Assembly: GCA_963710605.1 (NCBI GenBank)
Contig: CAVQBA010000001.1
Span: 32,001-96,000 of the forward strand
From: an uncultured cyanobacterium
GTDB taxonomy: Bacteria; Cyanobacteriota; Cyanobacteriia; Cyanobacteriales; Cyanobacteriaceae
Length of the DNA stretch: 64,000 nucleotides
Direction of reading: 5' to 3'
Below the pieces are notes generated by a model. It had not been told where the DNA came from. It ran no database searches and was given only the letters and a program-made list of their open reading frames with translations. The position numbers and the translations under genes were made by a program. Of this stretch, positions 44,351 to 55,796 are shown one piece after another (positions within the stretch are counted from its first letter, which is position 1; the number at the start of each line of letters is the position of its first letter).

Positions 44351-44386
44351 TTAATCAAATAATTCTCTATTCTCCATTCTCCATTC

Positions 44387-47071
44387 TCAATTCTCAATTC
44401 TCCAAATATCTTCCACCACTGTATAAAAAACAGGTACAAAAATCAAACTCAAAACCGAAGAAGTAATCAAACCACCAACAATTGCCACTGCCATCGGTTG
44501 TCTTAATTGTGCCCCCGCCCCAAAACCGATCGCAATCGGTAACATACCTAATATAGTAGATAAAGTCGTCATCAAAATAGGACGGAATCTAGTTTGACAA
44601 CTAAGCACGATCGCATCATAACGTGTTTTACCCTGTTTACGTAACTGATTCGTATAATCAATCAACAACAAAGCATTTTTATCTAACAAACCAACAAGGA
44701 AGATTAAACCCAACAAAGAAATCATACCAAAATCACTTTGACTGATTAACAAAGCCAACATCGCTCCCACAATAGATAAGGGTAAGGAAAAAGCAACCAC
44801 TAAAGGCTCTAATAAACTACCAAACAAACCCCATAAAACTAATAACATCATTACGATCGAAAAAGCAAACGTAATTGAAAATTGTTTTAATACTTCCATC
44901 ATCCTCGCCGAATCACCACCCACAGACAAAACGACATCTTCAGCTAACAATGGTTGAATAATATCGACCACTTCAGTAGTCACATCTCCTAAAGCATTTC
45001 CTGACGCTAAATTAGCAGTAAAAGTAACCGAAGGTTTACCATGACGATGTTCAATTAAAGGTATATTATCGTTATTTTGTATATCTATATCCGCAGGAGA
45101 AAAACTTAAATCTACTAACGAAGTAACTTGACTTAACTCCTGATTAATTGTTGAAGCGGTTTTAAATAAAGCAGTCAGATTATCACTAAGTAAAGTAAGG
45201 GCGAAAGGTTTCTCATCGCCTGTATCGACAAACTTAATATCTTCTACACTTACCTGTGTATTTTTAAGTTGGGGTAATTTTTCTCTAACTAAGTTTTGAA
45301 CTTCACTGGTAGTAAATTGTCGATCGTCTTTTAACCTCAGATAAATCTTACCTTGATTTGGTTGCCCCCGAAAACCAACGGTATTAAAACTAGATGCAAT
45401 TTCAGGTATTTCTAAAATCGCTTCTTCTATTTCTTCCCCAACCCGACTCGTACGTCTTAAAATAAAACCACTAGGGTTACTTTTCACCTCACTTAGCCAA
45501 CTAAAAACACCTTCATTTTCATTGTTTTGTCTATTTTCTTCTTTTTGAGTCAAAATGTTAGCTAACTCCTCGTTATTCGCTAATTTAGGTAACTCCGTGG
45601 TGTAAATAATATTGAATTCTCCTCGATCTAATTGAGGTATAAATCCTTGGGGAATAAAAGGAATCAAACCGATACCAATCACAAAACTAACCACACCAGC
45701 AAGTAAAACTAAGCGACGATGAGATAACGACCACTTTAACCAGTTAGTGTAAACTTCGTTTATCAATTGTCCCCATTTATTTGATTCAGATTGAGATTTA
45801 GTCGTTGATTTTCGTTTTAACCAATACATACATAAAACTGGTACTAAAGTACGAGCAATAAGTAATGAAGCCATTACCGCCGCACTGATGGTTAAAGCAA
45901 AAGGTTTAAAAAACTGCCCGACATTACCACTAGTAAAAGCCACGGGTAAAAAGACAGCGACAATGGTGATAGTAGAAGCAGAAACACTCAAACCGATTTC
46001 ATCACTACCTTTGATAGCCGCTTGTTTAGGTGTATATCCTTGTTCGATATGACGAGCAATATTTTCAACATCAACAATGGCATCATCAACTACTATACCA
46101 ATTACTAAAGCTAAGGCTAGTAAGGTGATGGTTTCCAAATTAAAATCGTATATCGCCATAACAATGAAAGTTGCTAACAACGAAAGTGGTATCGTCAATG
46201 TAGTAATTAATGTAGCGTTAAAATTACCAAGAAAAGGATAAATGACGAGTATAGCTAATATAACAGCTAAGACCAAACTATCGATCGTTGCCCCTGTAGC
46301 TTCTTGAATATAATCAGCTTGATTTTGAGCAATTTGGATATTTATATCAGTTAGTTGTGGTTCAATTTTAGCCATTGTAGTGGTTATTAAATCAACTACT
46401 TTGAGAGTGTTTGCTTCTCCTTGTTTGATAATTTGAATTGCTAAACCTTCTTGTCCGTTATAATGAACGATCGTAGATGTTGGTTGTGATTCTTCTGTTT
46501 GTGTTTGAGGGTTATTATCTATGCCTAATAAATTAATTTTGAGGATACCGTCAATTTTTTCTAACTGAGGAATTATCTGACTTTGAGTAATCGTTGTGAT
46601 TTCGGTTAAAGTTTGTGTCTCGCTGGTGACAGCATAAGTAATCGCTGATGATTCGTTGAGGTTATAAGGGATTATTTCTATTTTTGTATTTGCTGGTAAT
46701 TTTACATTAGCGATCGTTTTTTTGACTAAATTTGTCCTTTCTTTTAAGCTATCACCTGCAAAAAACAAATTAGTAATCACTGCTTGATTGGGATAACTAG
46801 AAGAAGAAATCATCTCAACTGATTCTAAAGTTAGTAAAGCTGATTCTAGAGGTGTAGTTATTTTTTCACTAGTATCAAAGGCATTATCCAAGTTACTCTC
46901 AGCACGAATGATGACAACAGGAAAAGTAACATCAGGAAACAAAGCATATTCCAAACTAAAAAAAGCGAATAATCCTGCTACGGCAACACCTAACCAAAAA
47001 CTGATAGTTAACCAAGGATGTTTGATTGCTAAGCGTGAAACATTTAATCGCTGTCGCCAAGAAAAATTCAT
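44387..47071 (-). CDS. RND family (AcrB-like) efflux permease
   Basis: GIVVDDAIVDVENI, KNALLL, RFRPILMTT, 12-TM layout; ATG at 47071. Confidence 0.92.
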   Translation of the reverse strand: MNFSWRQRLNVSRLAIKHPWLTISFWLGVAVAGLFAFFSLEYALFPDVTFPVVIIRAESNLDNAFDTSEKITTPLESALLTLESVEMISSSSYPNQAVITNLFFAGDSLKERTNLVKKTIANVKLPANTKIEIIPYNLNESSAITYAVTSETQTLTEITTITQSQIIPQLEKIDGILKINLLGIDNNPQTQTEESQPTSTIVHYNGQEGLAIQIIKQGEANTLKVVDLITTTMAKIEPQLTDINIQIAQNQADYIQEATGATIDSLVLAVILAILVIYPFLGNFNATLITTLTIPLSLLATFIVMAIYDFNLETITLLALALVIGIVVDDAIVDVENIARHIEQGYTPKQAAIKGSDEIGLSVSASTITIVAVFLPVAFTSGNVGQFFKPFALTISAAVMASLLIARTLVPVLCMYWLKRKSTTKSQSESNKWGQLINEVYTNWLKWSLSHRRLVLLAGVVSFVIGIGLIPFIPQGFIPQLDRGEFNIIYTTELPKLANNEELANILTQKEENRQNNENEGVFSWLSEVKSNPSGFILRRTSRVGEEIEEAILEIPEIASSFNTVGFRGQPNQGKIYLRLKDDRQFTTSEVQNLVREKLPQLKNTQVSVEDIKFVDTGDEKPFALTLLSDNLTALFKTASTINQELSQVTSLVDLSFSPADIDIQNNDNIPLIEHRHGKPSVTFTANLASGNALGDVTTEVVDIIQPLLAEDVVLSVGGDSARMMEVLKQFSITFAFSIVMMLLVLWGLFGSLLEPLVVAFSLPLSIVGAMLALLISQSDFGMISLLGLIFLVGLLDKNALLLIDYTNQLRKQGKTRYDAIVLSCQTRFRPILMTTLSTILGMLPIAIGFGAGAQLRQPMAVAIVGGLITSSVLSLIFVPVFYTVVEDIWRIEN

Positions 47072-47523
47072 GCTGATAAGTAACCTCTTATTGGAGACCA
47101 AAATATTGTATTCTAACGAATAAATGTGAGATGATGATGATTTAGATCAATTTTTAGCTATTTTGATGATCAAAAGATTGACAATTAGCAATTCAAGTTG
47201 TATAAATATTATCAAAGATTAATATTTCAATTAATTTTAATATTCAAGTTTTGTTAACATTAGAACTGGTCTAAAAATAACTTTTTTAATCGTTACGAAA
47301 TTATAGTTATGTTTAAAGCTAATTTTTTTGAAGCTAATTATACATGAGCTTTTTTGGTATATTTGAAGACAGGTATAATCGTTAAAAAAAGATTGAGACT
47401 AGATTCTTAAATTATCAAAAAAACCATTTTTTTTTGGTTTATCTAACTAAAGATAGATGAATTATGACGCAAAATTGAGTAATATAATGGGTGACAGAAA
47501 AAATTAATACTTAAGTATATAAA

Positions 47524-49428
47524 ATGATCACAAATCATTCATTTTTACAGTCGTTACCGCTAAACAACATCTTCGCTCAGTTTAATAACTTAAATTTTTC
47601 TGGCGATGCATTGTTGGGTACTGCAGGATCGATTGTAAAAGCGTTGCTAATTCTGATTATTGGTTTAATTTTAGCCAATATAATTAAAGGAGTAGTCAAA
47701 TCGGCACTAAAGAAAACAGATATAGATAATAAAATCGTGGGCTGGATTGGAGGTGACTCTAATAATCAGCAATCGAATTTTGCGGTCGAAGAATGGATTG
47801 GTGAAATAGTTGGTTGGATTCTAACTTTATTAGTTGTCGTCGCCTTTTTAGATGCGATTGATCTTAAAGTTGTTTCCGAACCTCTTAATGCTCTTTTGAG
47901 TGAAATAGCTCAGTTTTTACCTAGATTAGGTGGTGCAGCCTTACTTTTAGCTGTTGCTTGGGGTTTAGCTACTATCGCTAAAATGCTAATTAAAAAAGCT
48001 TTTGAGAATTTTAAGATTGATGAGCGTCTTAATAGCCAAATACAAGAAGAGAAAGCTCCAGAAGAAGATTTTAACTTCAACGATCCTGATACAATGGGTT
48101 TTAGTTCAACTCAAGCTGTTGGCGGTACATCTGCTACATCTTCTTCAGGTGGCGGTAGTAACGACAATATCAGTTTAGGCGATACAATCGGTAACGCTGT
48201 ATATTGGTTAATTTTCCTTTTATTCTTACCTAATGTTTTAAGCGTTTTAAGATTAGAAGGTACACTTCGTCCCTTAGAAGAATTAGTTAACGAAATTTTA
48301 GGTATTATTCCTAACATTTTTGCCGCTATTTTAATCGCCGCTGTTGGTTGGGTAGTTGCTAGAATTGTTAAAAAAGTTGTTACTAATTTACTTAAAGCTT
48401 CAGGAGTTAATAGTATTGGTGCTAGATTTGGTATCGGTAGTACTCGTACAACTACAGTAGGTAGTTCAGGAAGTAGCACCAGTAGTCAATCTTTAGCTCA
48501 AATAATTGGTACTGTAGCTTACGTTTTAGTTTTAATTCCGATCGCTATTACTGCTTTAGATGCACTTCAGATTGCGGTTATTTCTCAACCTGCAACCGAG
48601 ATGCTTAATCAAATCTTAGATTTGTTACCTAAACTCTTCTCCGCGATCGTTATTTTAGGTTTAGCTTATGTAGGTGGACATTACCTCTCTGAATTAGTAA
48701 GTAACTTATTAGCCAGTGTTGGTTTTAATAATGTGACTGAATGGTTAGGTGTCGAGCCAAACCAATCAAAAGCAACATCCACAATGCAAGTCGATGTTTC
48801 TTCTGGTAGAAGTACAACTGCTACAAGCAGTGCTGCACCTCAAACACCATCAGAAATTATTGGTACAGTTGTTTTAGTTGTCGTCATGTTAGTTGCGGCT
48901 TTAACAGCAGTTGATATTTTAGGAATTGAAGCTTTAGAAGAAGTAGTCGCATTCCTTCTTGTCTTAGCAGGGCAAGTATTAGTCGGGATGATTATCTTCG
49001 CAATTGGTTTATACTTCTCTAATTTAGTATTCCGTTTAATTGCTAATTCTGGTAGTAGTCAATCTAACTTTCTCGCTCAAACAGCACGTATCTCAATCTT
49101 AGTTTTAGTTTCAGCTATGGCTTTAGAAAGAATAGGTATTGCACCAAATATTGTTAATTTAGCCTTTGGTTTACTAACAGCAGGTATTGCTGTTGCGATC
49201 GCTCTTGCCTTCGGTTTGGGTGGTAGAGAAACAGCAGGAAAACTTGTTGATGAATGGGTTGGTAAATTTAAACGTGGTGATGTGCCTCAACCTAATTCTC
49301 CTACTCGTCGTAACAATCCAAATCCTGCACCTAGCCCAAGTAGTGGTAGTACAGGTACAACAGGAAGTACAACCACAACACGTTATCCATCCCCTGATGA
49401 TACTGATGACTTAGGTTTAGGTCTATAA
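47524..49428 (+). CDS. TM-helix-repeat membrane protein (CmpX/mechanosensitive channel-like)
   Basis: Repeated P.L.GA.LIL..G units; AIALAFGLGGRE. Confidence 0.8.
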   Translation: MITNHSFLQSLPLNNIFAQFNNLNFSGDALLGTAGSIVKALLILIIGLILANIIKGVVKSALKKTDIDNKIVGWIGGDSNNQQSNFAVEEWIGEIVGWILTLLVVVAFLDAIDLKVVSEPLNALLSEIAQFLPRLGGAALLLAVAWGLATIAKMLIKKAFENFKIDERLNSQIQEEKAPEEDFNFNDPDTMGFSSTQAVGGTSATSSSGGGSNDNISLGDTIGNAVYWLIFLLFLPNVLSVLRLEGTLRPLEELVNEILGIIPNIFAAILIAAVGWVVARIVKKVVTNLLKASGVNSIGARFGIGSTRTTTVGSSGSSTSSQSLAQIIGTVAYVLVLIPIAITALDALQIAVISQPATEMLNQILDLLPKLFSAIVILGLAYVGGHYLSELVSNLLASVGFNNVTEWLGVEPNQSKATSTMQVDVSSGRSTTATSSAAPQTPSEIIGTVVLVVVMLVAALTAVDILGIEALEEVVAFLLVLAGQVLVGMIIFAIGLYFSNLVFRLIANSGSSQSNFLAQTARISILVLVSAMALERIGIAPNIVNLAFGLLTAGIAVAIALAFGLGGRETAGKLVDEWVGKFKRGDVPQPNSPTRRNNPNPAPSPSSGSTGTTGSTTTTRYPSPDDTDDLGLGL

Positions 49429-49654
49429 TATATTTAGTTATTTAGTAGATTATTTAAATATATAGAAATTTTATTTAAAGGCTATTACAAATACTTTCTC
49501 GATAAAAAAATTATTTTTTATGATGATTAGTATGATTGTGATAGCTTTTTCTTTTTTATGAGTATGGCAAAAAATAGTTAATAGATTGCTATTAATAATT
49601 AGTACTTTGTGCTACTCTACTTTTATTATTGTGATAACTGTTAATTCACAAGTG

Positions 49655-49978
49655 TTAACTATTGATTACTATTGATTCTTCAAGTAAGGGATCAAGTTTA
49701 TTTTCGCTGTCTAGTTGATATAAATCGTCGCAACCGCCTAGATGTCGATCGTTAACAAAAATTTGCGGAACACTTTTTTTACCACTAGCTCTTTGTGCCA
49801 TTAGTTTACGAGCATTTTCATCACCGTCTATTTTGTATTCAGTATATTCGCAACCTTTATACCATAATAATAATTTGGCTCTAATACAATAAGGACAAGT
49901 TTGCCATGTATATATTTCCACATTGGCGTTAACGGTTTTTTTGTCTATTCCAAAAACTTTTTCGATAAGTTTTAACAT
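49655..49978 (-). CDS. grxC: Glutaredoxin 3
   Basis: CPYC, SVPQIF, GGCDDL. Confidence 0.93.
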   Translation of the reverse strand: MLKLIEKVFGIDKKTVNANVEIYTWQTCPYCIRAKLLLWYKGCEYTEYKIDGDENARKLMAQRASGKKSVPQIFVNDRHLGGCDDLYQLDSENKLDPLLEESIVINS

Positions 49979-50149
49979 AAATTAATTCAGATTAAAATAA
50001 ATAGTTAATCAATAAATATTTTAATAAATAAAGATATTTACGCCTCCTATTATAATACATTTATTTTTTATTTAATTGTAGATATTAAGCTGAAAAATAA
50101 AGATTAACTAAATATAATAAATTTTAAAAAACTACTAACTAATTATTAA

Positions 50150-51148
50150 TTAATTTAATTTTTTAGATTGAAAATAAGTATTTAATTTTGTCCATAAAGA
50201 GTATTGATTAATTTTTTCTCGCTGGTTAATGAAGTAAATACTAATCAAAGTTAAACCAACACCTTGCCATTGTAAAGTAGATAATGTTTCACCTAATAAT
50301 AAACTACCAAAACTAAGAGCAAAGATTGGGGTAAGAAAAGTTAAAGCACTCAAACTAGTTAAATTACCTTTAGATGCCAAAAGAAAAAATAAGCCATAAG
50401 CGATCGCACTTCCAAAAACTGTGGCATAAGTTAAAGATAACCAAGCAGACAAATCAAGATTTACCCATTGAGCGGTTTCGTACTGAAAACTAAAACCAAA
50501 TAAAACTACACCTGCCAAAACTAAATGCCAACCAGTCGCAACGATGGGGTCAACATAACGACAAACAAAAGGTATCATTACAGTGCCAATTGCCATTGAA
50601 ATTGAAGCCAATAACATTAACCATTCACCATTATCAAACAAACCATGCCAACTTAATTGTACATCGACAAAATTACCCTGCCACCAACTAGTAATCCACT
50701 CATCAGGTAAACCAATCAAACTAATTCCTAGAATACCAACAACCAAACCTAACCAACCCCAAAAACCAATTATTTCTTTGAATAACCAACGAGACAAAAT
50801 CGCCACTGCTAAAGGTTGAGAATCAATCATTACCGAACCTAATCCTGCCCCTGTACGGCTTAAACCTTCGGCTAAAAAACCTTGAAATAAACAACCATCA
50901 ACTAAGGCAAATAAACTAATCCATAACCATCCTTGCCAATTAATTTTTTGTTCTTTTTTGAAAATGATGCTAACTATTAAAATTAAGATACCTGCGGGTA
51001 AAATTCTTACACCTGCAAGAAATAAGGGCGTTGTTTGCTCGATTACTCCTTTCATTGCTACCATTGCCGTACCCCAGAAAAAAAAGGGTGCAATTAAGAC
51101 AACGGGCATAAAAAAAGGTAAATTATAATTATTTTTTAGTTGCATCAA
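50150..51148 (-). CDS. EamA/DMT family transporter
   Basis: About 10 TM helices, two EamA repeats. Confidence 0.88.
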   Translation of the reverse strand: MMQLKNNYNLPFFMPVVLIAPFFFWGTAMVAMKGVIEQTTPLFLAGVRILPAGILILIVSIIFKKEQKINWQGWLWISLFALVDGCLFQGFLAEGLSRTGAGLGSVMIDSQPLAVAILSRWLFKEIIGFWGWLGLVVGILGISLIGLPDEWITSWWQGNFVDVQLSWHGLFDNGEWLMLLASISMAIGTVMIPFVCRYVDPIVATGWHLVLAGVVLFGFSFQYETAQWVNLDLSAWLSLTYATVFGSAIAYGLFFLLASKGNLTSLSALTFLTPIFALSFGSLLLGETLSTLQWQGVGLTLISIYFINQREKINQYSLWTKLNTYFQSKKLN

Positions 51149-51289
51149 CTACTTGGATTGATTTGTTTACATTTGTTTATATTAATCTAAGGTGAAGCAA
51201 AATGACGAATAAGATCGAGTAAAGTGATTTTGAGATAAAGCGATCGATCGGACTCTATATCCCTTCAAAACAAGCGATCGATCGTATCC

Positions 51290-51502
51290 TCATAAAAGTT
51301 TTTTAAATTCTGCAATAGTCAAACCAGAACCTTTGATAATTGTAGCCATTGTATAAGCGTTGATGGGATTAGCTCTAGGAATAGTTAAAATATGTTCTCC
51401 ATCGTCATCGTTATATGTTTTCCTTGTCGAACAATCACAAAACCTACTTTCTCAAAGGCTTTAACAGCTCTTAAGTGATTAACTACCTGAAAGTTTAGGC
51501 AT
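51290..51502 (-). pseudogene. Frameshifted HicA toxin
   Basis: MPKLSG / VNHLRAVKAFEKVGFVIVRQGKHITM / DGEHILTIPRANPINAYTM...FKKLL*; two indels, early TAA in the start frame. Confidence 0.75.
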
Positions 51503-51701
51503 AATTTGTTTCAACCTCTAAATAGATTGATTCTATGTTTTTATCTAATTCTGCTTTAACTTCTAGATAAACAGCAATCGCATCTTTGATGTTTTCAATT
51601 GCTTTAATTCTGGTTTCTCCTTGAGATGCACAACCTGGTAAATGAGGACACCAAATATGATAGCCTTCTTCTGTCTTTTGTAGGTTAACTTTATATTGCA
51701 T
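51495..51701 (-). CDS. HicB family antitoxin (short form)
   Basis: CP.LPGCASQGET...A.ENIKDAI. Confidence 0.88.
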   Translation of the reverse strand: MQYKVNLQKTEEGYHIWCPHLPGCASQGETRIKAIENIKDAIAVYLEVKAELDKNIESIYLEVETNYA

Positions 51702-52586
51702 AACCTTTTGTTGAATTATTATTAATCTAAACTGATTATAACCGATAGGGATTTTAACTAATAATTAAAAGTAAAGAAACTCTATAGCTACTAAAATTTT
51801 AGAATACAAAGACGATCGTATTCTATATTTTCTTTTTCTTATTTAATCTTATCAATAAATTACAAGTCCTCTGCGTCCTTCTTTTTTCCAAATTCTAAGA
51901 ATCTATTCTGTAAAGAGGATATTTTCCTAAATAATATTTGACATCAAAACTAAAGAACTTATTCCCTACTTGAATCTACATGTCTTAACCAATAATAATC
52001 ACGCCATTGATGTTAATCATTACTTTTACTAAATCTGAATGTATATCTCTATAATATCTTCAAATCGACTTCCTGCTTCTTTTAAACCGTTAGTTAACCC
52101 ATCTTCAAAGTTTTTTCATTACAACGACTGACTTTGCCATCAACTAATCTACTATCATAAAGGAATATATTATTCCACCCAAACATTTTTCTGCCATCTG
52201 TTAAAAAAATAATCTACATTTGATGGTATTGTTCTCTTGTTATGGTTTCGTAAACAGAGCTGTTTTACCTTTCGATTGGGTAAATCAATTATTTGAGTAG
52301 CCAATAGAATTGTACTCAAACTGAATGTTGTTAAAAACTTTGAGAATTTCATAATCTTAAAATCATTTTTTATTTTAATTGTTATTAGGTGATAAAAGCT
52401 ATATTTTAATTATTCCCTAAAATGTTAATAAAATATTTATATATAAGTAATAAAAAACCTTTACCGTAAAAAAAATATCTTTTCTTATCTATTTTCAGTT
52501 TTAAAAGTAGTAATGATGATAGACTTTTATTAATAACTAAGCGATCGCAAAATCAGTATATTTACGACTTTGTGGATTGTGGAAAG

Positions 52587-52945
52587 CTAAGACATTTGTA
52601 CACCTTTTCTTAATAATTCTGCTAAGATTGTACCTCTTTGATTCTCACTTAAATCTGATAACTCTAGTTGATTAATTAAAGATAAAACATCATAACATTC
52701 TTCTTTAAATTCCTTAATTAAAGTATTTAATGTAGAATTATCAACATTGATTTTATTTTGAGCTAGTTGCATTATTTTTTACCTAATCTTTTTAATGCTT
52801 GTTCAATTCCTCTTTCAAACGCTTTTATTTCTTTTTGCCAATGATTTATCAATACTACTCGATCTGGTATTTCTTTCTTTCATTCTAGTTTAATTTTTTC
52901 TTGATGTTCGCTAATTCGAGTTTGTAAAGATGAAATTACCTTTCT
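52587..52945 (-). pseudogene. Decayed two-gene module of small hypothetical proteins
   Basis: Upstream remnant VISSLQTRISEHQEKIKLE*...HWQKEIKAFERGIEQALKRLGKK* without a start; downstream 61-aa ORF ends abruptly. Confidence 0.45.
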
Positions 52946-53033
52946 AAAAAGATTTTTATTTATTAACAGAGATATTAAAAGTCCCCCTTACAAAGGGGGA
53001 TGAGCGGGGGATTAAAAATTAGAAATTAGTTAA

Positions 53034-55667
53034 TTATTTAGCACCTGCGGGCATACCTAAAATATCCTCAATTTTGGGCATATCTTCTAAGGCAATAACT
53101 CGCCCTTCATCTTCAAAATTGTCAATTTCGTTGAAGTTTAGGTAACGATATAAATCATCTTTAAAAGGATCTATTTTTTCATTGACGATCGTCATATACT
53201 CTTCTACAGTAGGTATTTTACCGAGTAACGCACAGACTGCCGCTAACTCAGCACTACCAAGATACACTCTTGCACCTTTACCCATACGGTTATTAAAGTT
53301 ACGGGTAGAAGTAGAGAATACAGTTGCCTCATCTTCCACACGAGCTTGGTTGCCCATACAAAGCGAACAACCAGGCATTTCCGTTCTTGCACCCGCCGCC
53401 GCAAAGATACCATACATACCTTCATTACGTAGCTGTTGCTCATCCATACGAGTTGGAGGACAAATCCACAAACGCCCTTTAACTGTACCTGCACCTTCAA
53501 GGATTTTCGCCGCCGCACGATAATGTCCGATATTAGTCATACACGAACCGATGAAGACTTCATCAACCACATCACCAGCACATTCACTCATCAGTTTAAT
53601 GTTATCAGGATCGTTTGGTGCGGCAACGATCGGCTCTTTAATCTCATCTAAGTTTACCACGATCGTATCGACATATTCGGCCTTTTCATCCGCAGACATC
53701 AACGAAGGATTAGCTAACCATTCTTCCATTTTTGCCATCCGACGTAACAAAGTACGAGCATCAGTATAACCTCTAGCAATCATATTTTTTAATAAGACTA
53801 CATTCGATCGAAGATATTCAGCTACAGTTTCTTCGCTTAGTTTTATTGTACTACCAGAGCAAGATCTTTCAGCCGTCGCATCAGTCAATTCAAAAGCCTG
53901 TTCAACTTTCAAATCTGGCAAACCTTCCATTTCCATGATACGTCCGTTGAAGACATTAATTTTATCACCTTTATTATAAGTTAGCTTACCTTCTTGCATC
54001 GCTACCCAAGGAATGGCATTGACAATATCTCGTAAAGTCACACCTGGTTGTAATTCACCAGTAAATTTGACTAACACCGATTCGGGCATATCCAATGGCA
54101 TCGCTCCAAGTGCCGCCGCAAAAGCTACTAAACCTGAACCTGCGGGGAAGGAAATACCGAGGGGGAAACGAGTATGAGAATCACCACCCGTACCGACTGT
54201 ATCGGGTAATAACATTCTATTTAACCAAGAGTGAATGATACCATCACCGGGACGTAAAGCAACACCACCACGATTAGCAAAGAAGTCAGGTAAGTTTTTG
54301 TGGGTATTGATATCAACAGGCTTAGGATAAGCGGCGGTATGACAAAAAGTTTGTAAAGTCAAATCGGCGTTGAAACCCAAACAAGCTAATTCTTTTAATT
54401 CATCACGAGTCATTGGTCCTGTGGTATCCTGAGAACCAACAGTCGTCATAATCGGTTCGCAAGAAGTGCCGGGTAAGATACCTTCAACACCACAAGCTTT
54501 GCCGACCATTTTTTGAGCGAGGGTAAATCCGACCTCACCCCCGTCCCCTCTCCTCGCAAGAGAGGGGGGTACTGGGCGGACAAATAGTTCGCTAGCAGGT
54601 AAACCTAATGCTTGACGAGTTTTATCGGTTAAAGCACGTCCGATTAATAAAGGTATTCTTCCTCCCGCTCTAACTTCATCTAAAATAGTTTCGGGTTTTA
54701 GATCGAAATTACAGATGGTTTCACCGCTTTCGCTTTCGATTTTTCCTTCGTAAGGATAGATGGTGATAACATCTCCTGTGTTCAAATTATTGACATCACA
54801 TTCGATCGGTAATGCACCAGAATCTTCAGCAGTATTAAAGAAAATCGGGGCTATTTTACCACCTAAAACGTATCCACCAGCTTTTTTATTAGGAACATAG
54901 GGAATCTCTTCTCCTAGATGCCATAAAACCGAGTTGATAGCAGATTTACGAGACGATCCAGTCCCTACAACATCGCCTACATAAGCTACGGGATGTCCTT
55001 TTTCTTTAAGTTTAGCAATTACATCTAAACCATCTGGCATTCTCGATTCTAACATCGCCAAGGCGTGTAAAGGAATATCAGGGCGAGTAGTAGCGTGAGG
55101 TGCAGGAGACAAGTCGTCGGTATTAGTTTCGCCTTCTACTTTAAAGATAGTAACGGTAATGCTTTTGGGTACTTTTGGTTTACCAATAAACCATGTCGCA
55201 TTTGTCCAAGCATCGATTACTTGTTTGGCATGAGGATTAGTGTCGGACAATTCGAGGACATCGTTAAAAGCATCAAAAACTAAGATAGTTTTACTTAAAG
55301 CGTTAGCGGCTTCGGATGCGATGTTACTATCTTTTGATTTAAGTAGTTTGACTAATGACTGGACATTATAACCACCCATCATTGTACCGAGTAAACTGAC
55401 TGCACCTTGAGAGGAAATTAAAGGTGATTTGATTTCACCATTAGCTACTGCGGTAAGAAACCCTGCTTTGACATAAGATGCTTCGTCAACTCCTGGGGGT
55501 ATTCTATCCCGAAGTAAATCCATCAATTCTTCTCTTAATTCTTGAGGCGGATTTTTAAGCATCTCGCATAGTTGCGATGTCTGCTCGGCGTTGAGAGGTA
55601 AAGGAGGAATACCTTGTTTTTTTCTTTCTTCTACGTGTTGATGGTATGTTTCTAACCAAGTTGCCAT
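53034..55667 (-). CDS. acnB: Aconitate hydratase 2
   Basis: [47 protein letters not shown]. Confidence 0.98.
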   Translation of the reverse strand: MATWLETYHQHVEERKKQGIPPLPLNAEQTSQLCEMLKNPPQELREELMDLLRDRIPPGVDEASYVKAGFLTAVANGEIKSPLISSQGAVSLLGTMMGGYNVQSLVKLLKSKDSNIASEAANALSKTILVFDAFNDVLELSDTNPHAKQVIDAWTNATWFIGKPKVPKSITVTIFKVEGETNTDDLSPAPHATTRPDIPLHALAMLESRMPDGLDVIAKLKEKGHPVAYVGDVVGTGSSRKSAINSVLWHLGEEIPYVPNKKAGGYVLGGKIAPIFFNTAEDSGALPIECDVNNLNTGDVITIYPYEGKIESESGETICNFDLKPETILDEVRAGGRIPLLIGRALTDKTRQALGLPASELFVRPVPPSLARRGDGGEVGFTLAQKMVGKACGVEGILPGTSCEPIMTTVGSQDTTGPMTRDELKELACLGFNADLTLQTFCHTAAYPKPVDINTHKNLPDFFANRGGVALRPGDGIIHSWLNRMLLPDTVGTGGDSHTRFPLGISFPAGSGLVAFAAALGAMPLDMPESVLVKFTGELQPGVTLRDIVNAIPWVAMQEGKLTYNKGDKINVFNGRIMEMEGLPDLKVEQAFELTDATAERSCSGSTIKLSEETVAEYLRSNVVLLKNMIARGYTDARTLLRRMAKMEEWLANPSLMSADEKAEYVDTIVVNLDEIKEPIVAAPNDPDNIKLMSECAGDVVDEVFIGSCMTNIGHYRAAAKILEGAGTVKGRLWICPPTRMDEQQLRNEGMYGIFAAAGARTEMPGCSLCMGNQARVEDEATVFSTSTRNFNNRMGKGARVYLGSAELAAVCALLGKIPTVEEYMTIVNEKIDPFKDDLYRYLNFNEIDNFEDEGRVIALEDMPKIEDILGMPAGAK

Positions 55668-55796
55668 ATTATTCTATTTTTCTTCTTGACAATAATTTAC
55701 TATTTTAAGCATATCAAGGGAAAAGGGTTTGATTTTGTATAGTAACGATCGATTTTGATATATTATGAAACGAATAAGTATTTGTGCAAACTTTAA

